NCBI GenBank assembly: GCA_009914755.4 | Contig: CP086569.2 | Coordinates: forward strand, 14,336,001-14,400,000 | Direction: 5' to 3' | From: the human T2T-CHM13v2.0 reference genome, Homo sapiens | Length of the DNA stretch: 64,000 nt | Shown: positions 61,791 through 64,000 of the stretch, piece after piece | How positions within the stretch are numbered: position 1 is the first letter of the stretch | How the letters are laid out: every line of letters starts with the position of its first letter | The notes under the pieces: model-generated | The model's database searches: none | Seen by the model: only the letters and a program-made list of their open reading frames with translations | Told to the model about the DNA's origin: nothing | Program-made: the position numbers and the translations under genes

Positions 61791-62886
61791 ACATTACTAT
61801 ATACTTCATACATAGAAAAATCTAAAGGTTAATTTATAATCATTTATTTAAAATTTTTAATATTGAGATATTCTGGTTCAGGTTCAAAGTTTCCCATTAG
61901 TTCACCAAATGACCCTATGTGGGTCTGTGTTCATATGTACATGACCATGATTTTCAAATTGTTCTCTAACAAGATAATCCTGTTTTAAATTAGCTGTTTT
62001 GTGGACTGCTCCCTATGTCTTTTATATAACAGATTTAGAATTGCTCTATATTGAACTTCTTTTACACTATACCCTGTCCTCACTTCGAGGAGCTCTGAAG
62101 TATGGTGGAGCTCAGGGCACCAAAGAATACCATTAGCTAATCATTAAGACTTCATTTCTAAGTTTTGATTTCTAAGATTATTGATGTTTTCCAGAGTCAA
62201 TAATATCTCTTGCCTTTTTTCAATTGTCTAATTATTTCTACCATTGATTAGAAGATTTAGGATAGGAAATAGGCTTGAGGACCAATATTAATAATATTAA
62301 AAGAGTATTCTCAATAATTGCCAGTTAGGTAAGTTTACTTTGATCCTCTCCTGTGTAGAGGTCTGGATCTGTGTAAGGTAAAGCATTCTACTATAGTAAG
62401 AGAATGCAAATATTTGGACATTTGTTCCCAACTTATACATAAGATAGGAAATTCTAAAGTCATATGATAATAATGCTATTAATTCATGATTTTTTAAAAA
62501 GGAGAGGCCTCTTTTGGTGCATTTAATTTATAGATTATTGAACTGCCTATTGTTGGATATTTACGTAGAACAAACAAGCTTTAATGTACATGTAGCAAAT
62601 AGAGATGGCTACCTAAACTCAGGTTTGTGAATATGATTTTTATATTAATTGGATCATAAGGTAATTGAACAAATTAAAATTGTGCTATGTTCTCAATTTT
62701 TGACAAAGATATGATTGCAAGATTAAAGCTTTTTGAGACAATAATACTAAAGACTCATGTAACTAATACTTTTTGTAATCCAAATACATGGGCTTTTTTA
62801 CTTACTGTTCTGAAGTTGACAGTAGCATTAATAGACCACCATGTTGTTCTAAACTCTTTTAAAACCATGTAAGGAGTAAAACAAAT

Positions 62887-63183
<297 letters not shown>

Positions 63184-63310
63184 GATTAAAACAAATGAAA
63201 AGGATATAACAGCTACCTTATAAATATCTGTCAGCCAACTAGCCAATATTTATTGAGCTTGGTGCCAGCCCTGAGGTCAGTGAAAGAAACCTCTGTTTAC
63301 AACAGTAGCA

Positions 63311-63545
63311 AGGCTGGGTCTAGTGGCTCATGCCTGTAATCCCAACACATTGTGAGGCTGAAGCAGGAGAATCACTTGAGCCCAGGAGTTGGAGACAGGC
63401 CTAAGAAACACAGGGAGACCTCCTCTCTACAAAAAATAAAGTTAGCCCGGCTTAGTGGTGTGTACTTGTAGTCCTACTTACCTGGGAGGCTAAGGTAAGA
63501 GGACCACTTGAGCTTAGGAGTTTGAGGCTGCAGTTAGCCATGATC
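63311..63545 (+). mobile_element. Alu SINE (old, AluJ-like)
   Basis: GGCTGGGTCTAGTGGCTCATGCCTGTAATCCCAACACATTGTGAGGCTGAAGCAGGAGAATCACTTGAGCCCAGGAGTTGGAGACAGG…. Confidence 0.8.
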
Positions 63546-63769
63546 TCAAAATATAAATAAATAATTTTTTAAATTACAAAATAAATAAAACAGCAACAAC
63601 TACCACACTACTGTTATTTTTATTATTTGCCTGAAACTGGCTGGAAGGTAGTAAAATGAAAGTTCAGAGCCCTTAGTAGCTCATTTTAAACTTTGATTTT
63701 TTTGGTGCGCCATTCTATACTCTACATGGTCTTGCCTAAATTTCCAACCTTATGGTTCCTTTCATTTGT

Positions 63770-64000
63770 TCTTTAGAGATAGGATCTTGCTCTGTTGCCC
63801 AGATTCACATAATCATAGCTAAATGCAGCCTCTACCTTTTGATCTGAAGTGATTCTCCCCATGTCAGCCTTCCAAGTAGCTGGGACTACAGGCGTGCACC
63901 ACCAAGCCTGGTTAATTTTTTATTTTTTGTAGAGGTGGGGTCTTGCTATGTTGCCTAGGCTGGTTTCAATCTGCTAGGCTCAAGCAATCCCAAGTGATCT
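63770..64000 (-). mobile_element. Alu SINE (antisense), runs to the window edge
   Basis: …GAGATAGGATCTTGCTCTGTTGCCCAGATTCACATAATCATAGCTAAATGCAGCCTCTACC…CCTTCCAAGTAGCTGGGACTACAGGCGTGCACCACCAAGCCTGG…. Confidence 0.8.

Overview
This window is catarrhine-primate (human-like) genomic DNA, not a prokaryotic locus. About 30 Alu SINEs, many L1 LINE fragments, microsatellites and one endogenous retrovirus occupy well over half of it. The supplied ORF track treats TTG/GTG as starts, and almost every ORF it lists lies inside a repeat or is an artefact of GC-rich sequence.

The only bona fide gene content is the 5' end of a minus-strand gene. Four short minus-strand exons with consensus splice sites translate contiguously to [126 protein letters not shown] recognise this as the N-terminus and first TPR repeats of UTY, the Y-linked KDM6A/UTX paralog; this is from memory, not a database search. 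Diagnostic residues differ from KDM6A, which implies a Y-chromosome (Yq11.221) origin. Exons 1-2 sit in a ~1.1 kb CpG-island promoter at 49690-50800 that carries CCAAT, E-box, GC-box and YY1-like motifs.

Other notable content:
- An ~8.4 kb gammaretrovirus-like (class I) HERV provirus at 5870-14326 with both ~505 bp LTRs (~9% diverged). gag, pol (intact RNase H ORF) and env are recognisable but degenerate, with an internal NC-PR-RT deletion. It sits inside an older L1 in UTY intron 4, antisense to the gene.
- Two L1 copies with twin-priming 5' inversions.
- A near full-length L1 (~8 kb, minus strand) 3.3 kb upstream of the UTY promoter, carrying a young Alu insertion with a perfect target-site duplication.
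- A compound (AGAT)12(AGAC)6 tetranucleotide STR that could be a polymorphic Y-STR.
- A 28-bp tandem array and a 160-bp polypurine tract.

No CRISPR arrays, rRNA or tRNA genes, or prokaryotic systems are present.
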